NCBI RefSeq assembly: GCF_964194155.1
Contig: NC_135910.1
Coordinates: forward strand, 18,538,001-18,602,000
DNA length: 64,000 bases
Reading direction: 5' to 3'
Source: Cetorhinus maximus
Lineage: Eukaryota
In this document: positions 39,373 through 53,148 of the stretch, piece by piece
How positions within the stretch are numbered: the stretch's first letter is position 1
How the letters are laid out: the number at the start of each line of letters is the position of its first letter
Position numbers and translations under genes: made by a program
The notes under the pieces: model-generated
Database searches by the model: none
The model's input: the letters and a program-made list of their open reading frames with translations, nothing else
What the model was told of the DNA's origin: nothing

Positions 39373-39705
39373 TGGGCGTCTCTGGCAAAGCCAGCGTTTG
39401 TTGTCCATCCCTAACTGCCCTTGAGCTGAGTATCTTGCTTGGCTATTTCACAGGGCAGTTAAGAGTCAACCCCATTGCTGTGGGTCTGGAGTCACATCTA
39501 GGTTAGACCAGGTAAGGACGGCAGATTTCCTTCCCTAAAGGGCTTAAACAACAATCGGTCGCCACTACTGAGACGAGCTTTCAATTCCAGATTTATTAAT
39601 TGAATTTATAAATTTCACCAGCTGCCGTGGCGGGATTTCAACCCACGTCCCCAGAGCATTAGCCCGGGGCCTCTGGATTCTTAGTCCAGTGGCATTACCG
39701 ATATC
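39355..39705 (-). mobile_element. tRNA-derived SINE (HE1-like)
   Basis: Minus strand: GTAATGCCACTGGACT head, GGGTTGAAATCC box, tail GGATGGACAACAAACGCTGGC..GCCCACATCCCA. Confidence 0.7.
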
Positions 39706-39709
39706 TCCG

Positions 39710-40735
39710 TTTGACCAATTTGATTTGAGTTCTTGGACGAAGTAAATGGAGAGTTCGGTGAGAAAAGTACAGTTGATGTTGTGGATCTGGCATTTGACAA
39801 GGTACCACTTAATAGCAAAATTAAAGCCCATGGGATTAAGGGACAGTGGCAGCATAGGTATGGAATTGGTTAAGGGACCGAAAGCAGAGCAGTGGTGAAC
39901 AGTTGTTCCTCAGACCAGCACAAACAGCGATGTTCCCCACCTGACGTGTTTTGACCACTGCTCTTATTGATGACCTGGACTTGGATATACAGAGCACAAT
40001 TTCAAAGTTTGCAAGTTTGTGGATACTAGCAGAGACTGCAGTATTAACTGGTGAAATGGGCAGACACATTGTAGCTGAAATTTAATACAGAAAGGTGATT
40101 TATTCTGGATGGAAGAATGAAGATTGGCATCATAAATTAAATGCTACAATTTTTGAGGGGGTGCAGGAAGGGACACATGGGGGTTCACAAATACAAATTT
40201 TTGAAGGTGACAGGACCAAGCTGAGAATCTTGGCCCAATTCTTGGCAAAGCACTTTAGGAAATGTGTTAATGAAGAGAGTGCCAACATTTAGTAGAATGC
40301 CAGGGATGAGAGATTTTAACCGTGTGAAAGGGACTAAAGAAGCTGGGATAGGTTTTCTTTGTGTAGGGAAGGTTAAGGGGAGATTTAAAAGGGGTGTTCA
40401 GTTTTGACAAGAGTACATAAGGAGAATCTGCTTCCACCTGAAGGAGGGTTGGTAACCAGAGATACAGATCAAAGATAATTGGCAAAATAATCAGACAGGA
40501 GATGACAAGGACAGTTGACATGATCTGGAATGCACTATTATACTCGAAAGCAGTTAGAAGCAGATATAATAGCAATTTTCAAAAAAGAAATCGGATATAG
40601 ACTTGAATAGGAAAATAAAAAATTGCACGACTTTAGGGAAAAAGCAGGAGAGAGCAGAATTGATTGGAAAACTGTTTCAGAGTGTTGGTGCAGGCACGAT
40701 GCGCTGAATGGCCACCTTCTGTGCTGTAAGAGTTT
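39710..40735 (+). mobile_element. Degenerate CR1-type LINE RT/3' fragment
   Basis: AFDKVP, RGDL and IWNAL-like remnants. Confidence 0.7.
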
Positions 40736-41194
40736 TGGAATGACTCAGGAATATTGAGTCACTCATCTCAGCTCCTCTTTGCTCTGCTCCAGGGTAGCTG
40801 ACTGCACCCGGAGGAGGAGGAGGGCAACAGTTAAATAACAACTCGCCATCCTGCTCATCCCTGAGGAGCTGCAGTGACTCCTGGCCAGGTGAAGGGAAGC
40901 AGGCTGGGAGATGTGTTCACGCCCATCCTGAGCAAGTGGCACTCTAACGGAGGCTTACTTAGGATCCGACAGTCTCACTGGCCGCAGTGCTTTTTATTCA
41001 GATCTGTGACACTCAGATAGGAGGACAGGCCTGAGTCTGGGATATCTTGTTGAACAAAATACTCAAACTATTTAATGCCTACAGACTGAGGCAATTACTC
41101 AGTCTGCGAACTGGTAGCTGGCGCAAGCACCAAACACATATTTACACAAACAGAAGCCACTGGTCTGCTCATATTTAATCAATGGCAGTGGCTA

Positions 41195-41600
41195 AGCGGG
41201 TGGCACTATAGTCAGAGGTTAATGGGTTTGAGTCCCACTCCAAACACTTGAGCATAAAATCCAGACTGACACTTTGACTGTAGGAGGCGCCATGTTTCAG
41301 CATGAGACATCAAACTGAGGCTCCATCTGCCCCCTCAGGTGAATGGAAACGATCCCATGGCCACTATTTTGAAGTAGAGCAGGGGAGTTCTCTCCACTGT
41401 CCTGGCCAATGTTTATCCCTCAACCACCAGTGAAGCAGATTATCCGGTCAATGTCACATTGCTGTTGGTGGGATCTTGCTGTGTACAATTACCTGCATTA
41501 GAACAGCGTTTGCACTTCAAAAAGACTTTGTTGGCTGTAAAGCGCTTTGGGATATCCTGCAGTTCTGAAAGTCGCTCTATAAATGCAAGTTCGTTCTTTC
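41195..41600 (+). mobile_element. SINE, DeuSINE/SacSINE1-like, with L2-type tail
   Basis: GGGTTTGAGTCCCACTCC box, GATCCCATGGCCACTATTTTGAAG core, tail AAGCGCTTTGGGAT..CTATAAATGCAAGT; family name from recall. Confidence 0.55.
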
Positions 41601-41619
41601 AACAGTCGCTTTTCTAGAT

Positions 41620-44600
41620 CAGCAATTTTCTTCTGAACCACTAATTTAATCAATAATTTCATTTGTAGAGAAGGCTTTAAACTAAATAGTGGGTGGGAGG
41701 GTTCATGTGAGAGGGAATTTGGAAGGTTGAGGAGGAAGGACAGGGCAATAGTGCAGGCTTGCAGTAGAGGTAACAATAACCAGAGTGTGACAGGGACAGA
41801 GCAGACACAAACATAAGATTACACCAGCAAATAAGGTCAGAGTAGGGAAAACTGTAAAAAGATAGAATTAAAGACTCATTATCTGAATGCTCACATCATT
41901 CCTAACAAGATGGATGAATTGATAGCAGAAATAGAAATATATGAGTATGATATGAAAGCCATAAAAGAGATGTGGTTGCAAAGTGACCACTGCTGGGACC
42001 TGAATATTGGAAGGACAGAAAGAAAGAAAAAGGAGGTGGGATGGCTCTGTTAATAAAGGATGGCATCAGTACAGTAGTGAGAAATGATCTTGGTTCAGAA
42101 GATCAAGATGTAGGCAATGACCATCTCCAACAAGAGAGAATCTAATCATCACCCCTTGACACTTAATGGCATTACCATCACTGAATCCCCCACTATCAAC
42201 ATCCTGGGGGTTACCATTGACCAGAATCTGAACTGGACTAGCCATTTAAATACTGGGGTTACAAGAGCAGGTCAGAGGCTAAGAATCCTGCAGCGAGTAA
42301 CTCACCTCCTGACTCCCCAAAGCCTGTCCACCATCTACGAGGCACAAGTCAGGAGTGTGATGGAATATTCCCCACTTGCCTGGATAAGTGCAGCTCCCAC
42401 AACACTCAAGAAGCTTGACACCATCCAGGACAAAGCAGCCTGCTTGATTGGCATCCCATCCACAAACATTCACTCCCTCCACTACCAGAGAACTGTGGCA
42501 GCAGGGTGTACCATCTACACGATGCACTGCAGAAACTCACCAAGGCTCCTTAGACAGCACCTTCCAAACCCACAACCACTACCATCTAGAAGGACAAGGG
42601 CAGCAGATAGATGGGAACACCATCACCTGAAAGTTGCCCTCCAAGTCACTCACCATCCTGACTTGGAAATATATTGCCGTTCCTTCACTGTCTCTGGGTC
42701 AAATTCCTGGAACTCCCTTCCTAGTAGCACTGTGGGTGTACCTACACCACATGGACTGCAGCGGTTCAAGAAGGCTCACCACCACCATCTCAAGGACAAT
42801 TAGGGATGGGCAATACATGCTGGTCTAGCCAGTACTGCCCACATCTGTAAATGAATATAAAAAAATAGTTTGGGTAGAGATAAGAAATAAGAAAAGGGAA
42901 GTCACTTGTGGGGGTAGTTTATTGGCCCCCTAACAGTAGCTATACTGCATGACAGAGTATAAATCAAGAAATAATGGAGGCTTGTCAGAAAGGTACTGCA
43001 ATAATTGTGGGAGATTTTAATCTTCATATAGATTGGGTGAATCAAATTGACAAAGGTAGCCTGGAGGACGAGTTCATAGAATTTATTCAGGACAGTTTCT
43101 TAGAATAAATTCTGGAACCAACCAGGGAACAGGCTATTTTAAACTAGGTAATATGCAATGAGGATTAATTAATGACCTCATAGTAAAGGATCCTCTTGGT
43201 AAGAGTGATCACAACATAATAGAATTTCACATTAAGTTTGAAGGTGAGCAATGTTGGTCTGAAACCAGAGTTTTTAACTTAATTAAAGGCAATTACAAGT
43301 GTATGAAGACAGAGTTGGCTAAGCTGGAATGGGAAAACAGGTTAAGAGGTAAGACAGCAGAGAAGCAGTGGCAGACATTTAAGCAGATGTTTCATAACTC
43401 AATAAAGATATATTCCATTGAGAAAGAAAGACTCTGAGAAGGATGCACCGCCTGTGGCTAACTAAGGAAGTTCAGAATTGTATCATTTGAAAGAAAAGAT
43501 GTACAAAGCTGCAAAGATTATTGGCAGGCTGGAAGATTGGGAAAATTTTAAAAACCAGCAAAGGGTGACTAAAAAATTAATAAATAGCGAGCGTATGGAA
43601 TATGAGAGATAACTAGCAAGAAATATAAAAACAAGACAGCAGAAGCTTCTACGAGTATATAAAAAGGAAAAGAGCTAAAGTGAGCATTGGTCCCTTAAGA
43701 GGGTGAGACTGGGGGATCAATAAACAAGGAAATGGCAGAGACTTTGAACAAGTATTTTGTATTTGTCTTCACAATAAGAGACACAAAAAGCATCCCAAGA
43801 ATCGTAGAAAAGCAGGAGGTAAAAAGGGAGAAAGGAACAATCACAATCACTAAAGAAAAGCGTACTAGGAAAACTAATGGTTTCAAAGACGGACAAGTCC
43901 CCTGAACCTGATGGCCTGTATCCTCGCATCTTAAAAGAAGTAGCTGCAGAGATAATGCTTTATTCTTCCAAAATTCCCTGGATTCTGGAAAGGTCCTGGA
44001 GGATCAGAAAACCACAAATGTAACATTTCTGTTCAAGAAAGGAGGAAGACAGAAAGCAGGAAACTATAGGCCGGTTAGTCTAACATCTATCACTGGGAAA
44101 ATGCTAGAATCGATTCTTAAGGAAGTGGCAGCAGGGCATTTAGAAAATCACATTACAATCAAGCAGAGTCAACATGGCTTTGTGAAAGGGAAACTGTGTT
44201 TGACAAATTTATTAGAGTTCTTTGAGGATGTAACAAGTAAGGTGGATAAAGGGGAACCAGTAGATGTAGTGTATTTGGATTTCCAAAAAGGCATTCATAA
44301 GGTTGCACAGAAAAGGTGACTGCACAAGGTAAGAGTTCATGGTGTTGGGGGTGATATCTTAGCAAGGGTAGTGGATCAGCTATCTAACAGGAAACTGAGG
44401 GTCAGGATAAATGGGCCATTTTCAGGCTGGCAAACTGTACCTAGTGGAGTGCCACAAGGATTAGTGCTGAGACCACAATCATTTTATGGTTTATATTAAT
44501 GACTCGGATGAAGGGACTGACTGTATTGTAGCCAATTTTGCTGATGATGTAAAGGTAGCTAGGAAAGCAAGTTGTGAGGAGGCTACAAAGCGTCCAAATA

Positions 44601-45460
44601 GGTTAAGTGAATGGGCAAAAAAATTGGCAGATGGAGTATAATGTGGGAAAATGTGAGGTTGTTCACTTTGGCAGGAAGAATAGAAAAGCAGAATGTTATT
44701 TAAATGGAGAGAGACTGCAGAATACTGCAGTACGGAGGGATCTGGGTGTCCTGGTACATGAATCACAAAAAGTTAGCATGCAGGTACAGCAAGTAATTCG
44801 GAAGGCAAATGGAATGTTGGCCTTTCCTGTGAGGGGGGTGGAATATAAAAGTAGGGAAGTCTTGCTACAACTGTACAGAGCATTGAGAGAACACCTAGAG
44901 TACTACATACAGTTTTGGTCTCCTTACTTAAGGAGGGATATATTTGCGTGGGAGTCAGTTCAAAGAAGGTTCACAAGGCTGACTTGAAGGATGACAGGGT
45001 TGTCTTATAAGGAAAGGTTGAGCAGGTTGGGCCTATACTCATTGGAGATTAGAATGAGGTGTGATGTTATTGAAACATATAAGATTTTGAGAGGGTTTGA
45101 CAGGGTAGATGCTGAGAGAACGTTTCCCCTCATGGGGGAATTTAGAACTAGGGGGGCACAGTTTAAAAATAAAGGGTCTCCCACTTTAGACGAGATGAGG
45201 AGGAATTTCTTCTCTCAAGAGGGTCATTAGTGTTTGGAATTCTCTTCCCCAGAGAGCAGTGGAGGCTCAATAATTGAATATATCCAAGACTGAGTTAGAT
45301 AGATTTTTGATCAACAAGGGAGTCAAGGGTTATGGGGGAACAGACAGGAAAGTGGAGTTGAGACCACAATCAAATCAGCCATGATCTTACTGAATGGCAA
45401 AGCAGGCTCAAGGCCTGAATGGCCTACTCCTGCTCCTGTTTCTTTTGATCTTATGTTCTT
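41620..45460 (+). mobile_element. Long degenerate CR1-type LINE (APE plus RT) containing a nested LINE
   Basis: NYRPVSLTS, QHGFVKG, YLDFQK, FADD, QRRFTRL, ETYKIL motifs; stops and frameshifts. Confidence 0.92.
42112..42865 (+). mobile_element. 5'-truncated second LINE family (HER1-like) nested in CR1
   Basis: ORF 42117..42803 (ILGVTIDQNLNW, RSVMEY, NSWNSLP); tail plus A-run; host LINE resumes afterwards. Confidence 0.85.
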
Positions 45461-47789
45461 ATGGTACAGAAATTTCAGTGTAAACTCGCTTTGTAATTTC
45501 CTTTTCTTGAGAACATTCGAGGCTGCCTGAGCAGCTATGTTTGCGGAGCGGTTGCTCAATGCATTGTCCACAGTTAATCAGGTTCCAAGTTCATTCCCAG
45601 CCCTGTGCTGTGTTAGGTCATTAACTGGTTTGGCAGTAGGTTACTACTTTGTGAACACCCTGAATTTCCCCCATTCCCAGTCATTATCCTTACAAAAGGA
45701 AAGAATGGGATACAGCACTTTTGGATAATACGCCTGCAGATTGCGCCAATGCTTTGTGGTTTTGGTACTATTCCAGGTTGATGAACTATCGCGTGCTACT
45801 CCCTGACCTCAACCTCTGAGCTAAATTTAACAACTAATCTAACATCAGCTGCCGTATGACAAAGAGAGTTCCAAACTTCTACCATCCTTTGTGTGTGGAA
45901 GTGTTTCCTAATCCTGTGGTGGATTCGAGCACTTTTAGACAAAGTAATATTTTATCCTGGTAGGAACTGTCAATTCAGCACATTGAGGCTGCTCCATCAT
46001 TTTCTAAAATGTGGCAGCTCTTTACTTTTGAATCTCAATCCCCCAAGTCACCCATTAACCTCAACAATTTACACCTCCCCTCGCTTGGAAATACATCTCC
46101 CGATTCTGGTGCCTTGATGGGCAATGACTCAACTTGGAATAAATGGTTGTTCAGAACTTGTACCCTGTGATATCTGGTGAGGAGGATCTTTGTTTGTTTG
46201 TTAGGACAGAGCCGGGAGGTGCAGTTTCGGTGCTGGGCTGTGTGGGGGAAGTGGGGGTGGGGGAACATTCCCAGATACCACATACACACCTCCTAATGAC
46301 TGAGTAAAGAGGAAGAGCTAGCACAGGCATGATGAGCCAAATGGCCTCCTCCTGTGACATATCTCTGCTGGTTCGTTCCTGGCCTTTCTGCTGGTCTGTG
46401 GTTGGGCTGGTGGAGTGGAGAATGGAGAATTGAGAACACAGACCTCGTTCAGCTGAATCACTGACACCAGGATAATATGGAGATGCTGAGCCTTCCTGTG
46501 AACAGTGCACAGAACCACAGTATACAGGACAGGCTGAGATCCATTGCTGCACCACTTTGTTTCTGAACTGAAGCTGCAGCACCTCCCTGCCTGGATGAAC
46601 ATAAGAGCAGGAGGCCATTCAGCCCATAGAACCTTTCTGCCATTCAATGAGATCATGGCTAATCAGTGATCTAACTCCATATATCGGCTTTTGCCCCATT
46701 CCCCTTAATACCTTTGGATAACAGAGATCTATCAATCGGAGTTAAATTTAACAACTAATCTAACAGCAGCTGCTGTTTGACAAAGAGAGTTCCAAACTTC
46801 TATCACCCTTTGTGTGTGGAAGTGTTTCCTAATTTCACTCCTGAAAGGACCGCCTCTAATTTTTAGGCTCTACCCTTAGTCCTAGGCTCCCAAACAGTGG
46901 GGAGATAATTCAGAAGTTACACCCAGGTAGTGCCTGGATCCTCCTGATCACTGGCTCAGTCCAAGAGAGAGTCTGCACACCTCTTCACAGCAGCACAAGG
47001 TTCAAAGCAGGTGGATCCTCAAAAGAGGAACATTACACAAGACAACAGGTCACTTGTTGGTCCCCACCGGTTTAAAGGGAGCAAGGTTAATCCACACTTT
47101 GCCCATCAGAATTTCACTGCTGCTCCTGCACACATTAAAACATCGATCCCAAAAAATCATACATTTCACTGAATCACAAGGGATGTAAGCATTGAAGATA
47201 ATGTATCGGTTCTATATTCATCTCATAAACAGAAAATAACTGACATGACTCTGCGGAAGCACACTGACTGAGATTCCTTTCTATCGTTTTGCCAGTAATG
47301 TTATTCTCCTGTTCTCCGAAACACAAGGTTTGGGGAGTGAGCTGACAGTTCATTTAGTTTGTGACATCAGGAAACATGTCCAGCTCCTGAGAAGCTCTTT
47401 TATGTTTCAAGCTTTGTACATCTTGCACCTGCCTCTCCCAGGTGCACTCTCCGAGTCAGTCTGGGAATGACCATTCAGCTCATCTGATCCTATTCTTTCC
47501 ATTGCCCCATTCAACTGTTCCTTTAATGGCCTCAGCCACCTCCTGGGCTACAGGCTCCAGTTGTTATGGTTCTGGGTGAAGGCAAACCCCCAGAAACCCA
47601 ACCCCCACACCCCCGAAACTTGCCTTTTGTAACCCATGGCAGCAGAAACCCGCTTGCCAGGTCTGACCCACCATGGGATGTTACAGGAAGGCCAGCATGT
47701 GTCATGTTCCTGAACACCGAGTGAGTTAAAGCGGATCAGGTTAGGTTATACACTGGATCCGAGGCTTTTGAATACTGTTTTTTTTTTAT

Positions 47790-48092
47790 TTGTTCGCCAG
47801 CATTTATTGCCCATCCCTAACTGCCCTCATTCAGAGCGCATGTTTAAGAGTCAACCACGTTGGGTCTGGAGTCATGTCAGCGAGACTGGGTAAGGACGGC
47901 AGATTTCCTTCCCTAAAGTGCATTAGTGAACCAGATGGGTTTTTATGACAATCGACAATGTTTTCATTAGACTTTTAATTGAATTCAAATGCCACCATCG
48001 CGGTGGGATTTGAACCTGGGTCCCCAGAGTATTACCCTGGGTCTCTGGGTTACCAGTCCAGTGACAATACCACTGTGCCACCGCCTCCCAGG
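47790..48092 (-). mobile_element. tRNA-derived SINE (HE1-like)
   Basis: Minus strand head GGGAGGCGGTGGCACAGTGGT (A box) and GGTTCAAATCC (B box). Confidence 0.75.
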
Positions 48093-48754
48093 CGTTGGTC
48101 TGACAGGTGCTCATCTCAAAGCAGCCTGGGGGATCTTGTCGTGCATGACCAGCCAGATTACACTGATGTCGTACATTACAACAGTGACTGCACTTCAGAA
48201 GCTTTCAATGGCCCTAAAGTGTTTTGTGACATCCTGAGGAGGTAGAAGGAGCTCCAGAAATGAAAGTGCTTTCAGCTGCTTTGCTGAGGGCTGTGGAGAA
48301 ACAACTTGTCAAATCTAATGGACTGACATTAAGAGTTTCTCTTGGGTGAGATATTTCTTCCTGGAGTCCTGGTCATTGCCGAGTTATCTGAACACACCCT
48401 GTGTGAGGCTGTGAGGCTCCCCCAAGGGGAGCTTGAATTCCACTTTTACCGGGGAGGAGAGATATGCCAGTTTTCCGGCACCCTACGGCAGGATTGGCCT
48501 CAGCTGGGATGCCAACCTTAGTCGATCTACCTGCCAAAACTCACAGCTTTGGCTGTTACGGGTGTACAATTGGAAACCTGATGGAACCCGTGGGTGTGGA
48601 GGGGAAATTGGAGGTCATCAACAGTTGCAGAGGTGGGGGGGACAAAATACTATTGGCCAGAGATTCAAATAAACCCCCAATTAATGAACAAGTTGAGAAA
48701 GAAACAAATTAAATCTGTCCCTGCAAATCTGTAGAAACCGAGTGTCCATGGGCC

Positions 48755-50754
48755 TCACTGTCTGTATCTCTTTAGTGATTCGATATAATCAAAGTTTTTG
48801 TGCAAGAACAGGATCTGGTCGATGTCGTCTGGTAGCAGAGCTGATCTGGTCTGGTCTGGAATGTTACTGGAACAGAAGAAAGCTGTGGCGGCGGAGACAG
48901 AGGTGGCGGGAATGGCCAGGTACTGTTTGGCCAGGCTGGCCACAGCGGGGAAGCGATGCTCATTGTTTCTCCACCACTCGAAGGGGTTGGTGTTGCGTTT
49001 ACGCAGGGGCTCGGCAAGGTAACTCTCCAGCTGCTGGTGAATCTCTGGCATCCGTTCAGTGGGATCTTCACCGAACAGGAGGTCGTACTCGCATTGGCTG
49101 GGCTTGTGGCTGCCCTTGCGATCTCGGTGCTTGCTGCCTAGCTCGTGTACCGTGGCGTTGTGCTCGTCTGAGGAGGAGCTGGAGGAGTGGGACTGGGGAC
49201 TGGGCACGGCACTGGACAGCATGTTCTTCACCTTGTTGTGGACCTTGTCCCGTGTGTCGGCGCTCAGGAAGCGAAGGTCCTTGAATCGAGGGTCTAAAAA
49301 GGATGCCACTATTGCGGGACTCTCCATCATCTCATCATCGTCAGGGAGGTGCCAGCGTTTGGCAATCTCTGACCTGATCTTTGCACTCACTGTTCTGACG
49401 ATACAGCCTTGGTCACTGTGGTGATGCATGAGGGCTGTTATCACTCCATGGAGACAGGGGACCAAGGAGGACACGGAGGCATTTTGCTCTTCACTTAAGA
49501 AAGATGAGGCCACTTTAAGAGTCTTGAGGATGGGCAGTAGATCCTGCAGAAGTTTCCACTGGTGATCAGACAGGTTTGGAACAGTCAGGTGCCCAGTTCG
49601 ATCCTCTTCCAGCACCATGCTCACTGTCCAACGCAACTCCAGCAGTCTCTCGCACATGTCCAAGGTGCTGCTCCAGTGAGTAGCAGCGTCCATGACCAGC
49701 GTCAGCCGCTCTTTGTTCATCTCTGCCAGCTTGGCATTGAGCTCGGCATTTGCCCGGGTGCTGTGAATGAAGTGGTTGACGACGCGGCGAGCGACGCTCA
49801 GCGTGTGCTGCACCTGCTCCACCTGCAGCCCCAGCCTGATGCACAGCTGCAGCATGCGGCCGGCGCAGCACAGACTGGACCAGCCAAACTGCTCCTGCAG
49901 CAGGCGCGAGCTGCTCAGCAGGCTGCCCGCACTGTCGTGCACCACGCAGCTCACCGCCTTGCTGGAGATGCCAAACTCGCCGATGACCGAGAAGAGCAGC
50001 TCACCGATATAATCCGGTGCTGGGTTGTACTGGGGGGTGGTCTTGAGTACGCAGCGCGCCAGGCGCCAGCGACAGTCAATGAAATGCCCCACGATGGTGA
50101 GGTAGGTCTGTTTGCCCTGTGAAGTCCAGGTATCAGTGGAGAGAGTCAGAGATGGGACCGAGTGTAGATAGTGCTCCAACTGTAACTTGGCAAGGGTGAA
50201 TTTGTGTCTCAGGCTAGTGGCTAAAAGTGTGCTTGAGGGTATTTTATAACTCGAGTCCAGAAAGCCAAGCAGCCTCCTAAAGCCCTCGTTGTTGATGAGA
50301 GAGAGGGGCTGAAGGTCTCGGAAAACCATTCCCAGGATCAGGTCGCTGATCACCTCCTCTCTTTTCTCCGAGCAGGGCCTGACGTCGTGCAGGACAAGTT
50401 CGGAGATGCTCACTGGCTTGTTCTTCTTCACTTCAGGCTCCTGCCCCATGGACTCAGAGGACGAGGAGCCCTCGTCCTGGGACTGGCGAAGATCGAGCTC
50501 ACTCAGGTTGTGTTTGCGTCTCAGGTGCTCGCGGAGGCTGGTCATGCTGTTGTGGTAGCACAGCTGCTTCCGGCAGAGACTGCACTCCACACAGCGCTCG
50601 TTCAGCTTCTTGAAGAATTCCCAGGTTTGGGTCTTTTCTTGGCAGCTCACGGGTGAGGCTCGATTGAAGTTCAGCTCGCCTCCCTTCCTCCTCCTGGACC
50701 CCGCACTCCCCTCCCTGGCCAAGTGGTAAGATCGCAGCACCATGGAGAGCTCGT
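48755..50754 (-). CDS. ZBED-type hAT-transposase-derived protein, main exon: BED finger, RNase H-like core, hAT dimerization domain
   Basis: ORF 48755..50791; motifs WEFF..CSLC..HLRRKH, STDTWTS, FLDPRFK, PFEWW..FPAVASLAKQYLAIPATS; gtgcag acceptor, phase 1. Confidence 0.92.
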
Positions 50755-51825
50755 CTGCACATGAACACACAAAAACATTCAGGACAGCCAAACGTCCAGT
50801 TCACAGAATCAGAACATAACACAGAATGTGCGGCACAGAAACAGGCCATTCAGCCCAACAGATCTGTGCTGTTCATGGTACAAGCCTCCTCCCTCTTATC
50901 TTTATCTCACTTTATCTACATATCCTTCTGTTTCTTTCTCCCTCATGTATTTATCCATCTTCGCCTTAAATGTATCTATACTGCTCCCTGTGGGAGTGAG
51001 TTCCACATTCTCCCCACTCTCTGGATAAAGACGTTTCTCCTGAATGCCCCATTGGATTTATTAGTGACTGTCTTAGATTGATGACCCCGAGTTCTGGTCT
51101 TCCCCGCCCCCGACAAGTGGGAACATTTTCTGTACACCTACTGATCAAATCCTTTCATGATATTAAAGACCCCAAGAGGTTGCCCCTCAGCCTTCTCTTT
51201 TCCAGAGAAAAGAGCCCTCATCTTGTTCAGCATTTCCAGAATGAAAGAGCACACATACAAACATATTAATTAGGAGCAGGAGTAGGCCACAACATGTCAC
51301 ACAGCAATACCATTCAGCCCATTGTGCCTCTGCCAGCTCCTTGAAAGAGCTATCCAATTAATCCCACTCTCCTGCTCTCTCTACATTGTCCTGTAGATAT
51401 TTCCCCTTCAGATATTTATCCAAATCTCTTTTGAAAGTTATTATGAAGTTTACTTCCACCAGTCTCTCACGCACTGCATTCCAGATCAGCACAGTAATAT
51501 TGTGGAACTGACTGCAAATGATCAGAGAGATCTGGTGACTTCAGTCCTGTACCATTTGCCATGCTCCCCACTTTGCAAATCCTCAGCAGCTTCTGCCCAA
51601 GTCAGTCTGAGCCTTCGTCCAGCCTGGTTATACAATAACGACTGCACTGGGATTTGCTGCTGTTCCCTCTCCTCCTCTCACAGATCCCCCAGCTTCCTGA
51701 CAACCGCCTGTCCTATTTAAAACATCTGCTCTTTCTTTAGTTTCCTATCTCCATTCAGAAGCGCAGACCCTTCCTCATTATCCTGACACCAACACCTGCA
51801 AACTTAATAATAGCAGATCACTGAC

Positions 51826-52290
51826 CAGTGGGTATGGACACCAGGCAGTGGGGTTCAGGCAGTGGGGTTCAGGCACTGGGCACCACTCACATTCCCTCTC
51901 ACCCTCTCTCCATCCTCCCTAGTGTAGTACTGGGCAGCACGGTATGGGCACTGGGTTACAAGCACCAGGCAGTGATGGCACTGGGCAGTGGGGTACAGGC
52001 ACCGGGCAGTGGGGTACAGGCACCGGGCAGTGGTGACACCAGGCAGTAGGGTACAGGCAACGGGCAGTGGTGGCACTGGGCAGTGGGGTACAAGCAGTGG
52101 GGTACAGGCACCAGGCAGTGGGGTACAGGCATCGGGCAGTGGTGGCACCGGGGCACAGGCACCAGGGTACAGGCACCGGACAGTGGGGTACAGGCACCGG
52201 ACAGTGGGGTACAGGCACCGGACAGTGGTGGCATCGGGCAGCGGGGTACAGGCACCGGACAGTGGGGTACAGGCACGGGGCAGTGGGGTT
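51826..52290. repeat. About 21-bp G-rich minisatellite in a ZBED intron
   Basis: GGGCAGTGGGGTACAGGCACC variants. Confidence 0.9.
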
Positions 52291-52361
52291 GAATTTACTG
52301 ACAGAGTTAGTGAGCACTGGCTAAATTTAAACTAACATTCCACCCTAGGCTGTGACTGTAC

Positions 52362-52497
52362 CTTCAGCTAATGCAGTACAGGATTCACTAACTCCAGCAA
52401 AGGGGTTGATTTCCTGGTCCTCGTCAGCCTCTAATCGAGCTGCACACTCTCGCAGCATATCCGATATCCTCTTACTGCTGTATGTCGTGAAGGTTAC
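52362..52497 (-). CDS. ZBED-type gene, middle exon (VTFTTYSSKRISDMLRECAARLEADEDQE...)
   Basis: Pyrimidine tract plus aag acceptor, G|gtacag donor; phase 0 to 1 links the two BED exons in frame. Confidence 0.65.
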
Positions 52498-52878
52498 CTT
52501 GACGGAATAAAGGAACAACATTAATAGTTTCTTCAAAGCCTGCCCTGCGATGGGAAGAAATTGGCTACAGAATCTACACATTCTCATCTCAGTGTTTGAC
52601 TGAAACGGGGAGGGGGAAGTTGTGGGGAGGTGGGGTTGTGAGGAGAGAGGGTGTGGGTGTGGACAGGGAGATTCGGGGGTGGGAGGTGGGGCGCATTGTA
52701 ACTTTATTATTTGTTAAGCTACACAGACCAAAGGGTCACAGATTCAACGCCCATCCCGAGCTCGCTGAACTGAGTCAGAAACCAGCGGAGCTGCTACTCG
52801 CAATCTGCGGCAGGAGAGGAGGAGAAACCAGTCTCACAATTTCATGTTCGGATATTGAAGTTGGGAACAATAACTCAC

Positions 52879-53148
52879 AGGACTATCTATCCCAAGAAGC
52901 TGTGTGATTTTTGGAGTTCTGGCCTTGCTGGCCAGGATGCGAGGGATTCGCTCAGCTCTGCTGTTTCCCTGCAGCTTATTGTGGTCAACAGCCTCCTCTG
53001 TAAAGTGGATGCGATGATTCCTCTCCAGGTGTAGCCGGAGGACAGTGGCACTGCCCGAAGTGACCAGCTCCTTGCTGCAGATGTTGCACACGGTGGTTTT
53101 CTCATCTCTCCTGGTTACATATTTCCAGATGTCACTGGCACGGGGCAT
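52879..53148 (-). CDS. ZBED-type gene, first coding exon with N-terminal BED finger (MPRASDIWKYV...CNIC...HLERNH)
   Basis: BED consensus W..CxxC..HxxxH; exon acceptor tttcag at 53187, in-frame stop upstream of ATG 53148, CCT|gtgagt donor. Confidence 0.75.

Noticed and set aside
40740-41000. GC-richer unique segment that might be an exon
   Set aside because: No convincing splice pair or homology visible
46151-46656. Minus-strand ORFs of 112-155 aa suggesting another gene
   Set aside because: No recognisable domain, partly LINE-tail sequence, no supporting exon chain
48755-50791. Active autonomous hAT transposon
   Set aside because: No TIRs or TSD found, catalytic Glu, CxxH and RW altered, and the listed start codon lies in an intron
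51545-51795. Possible extra ZBED exon after a tttgcag acceptor
   Set aside because: Stops in all three frames; the flanking exons already join in phase without it
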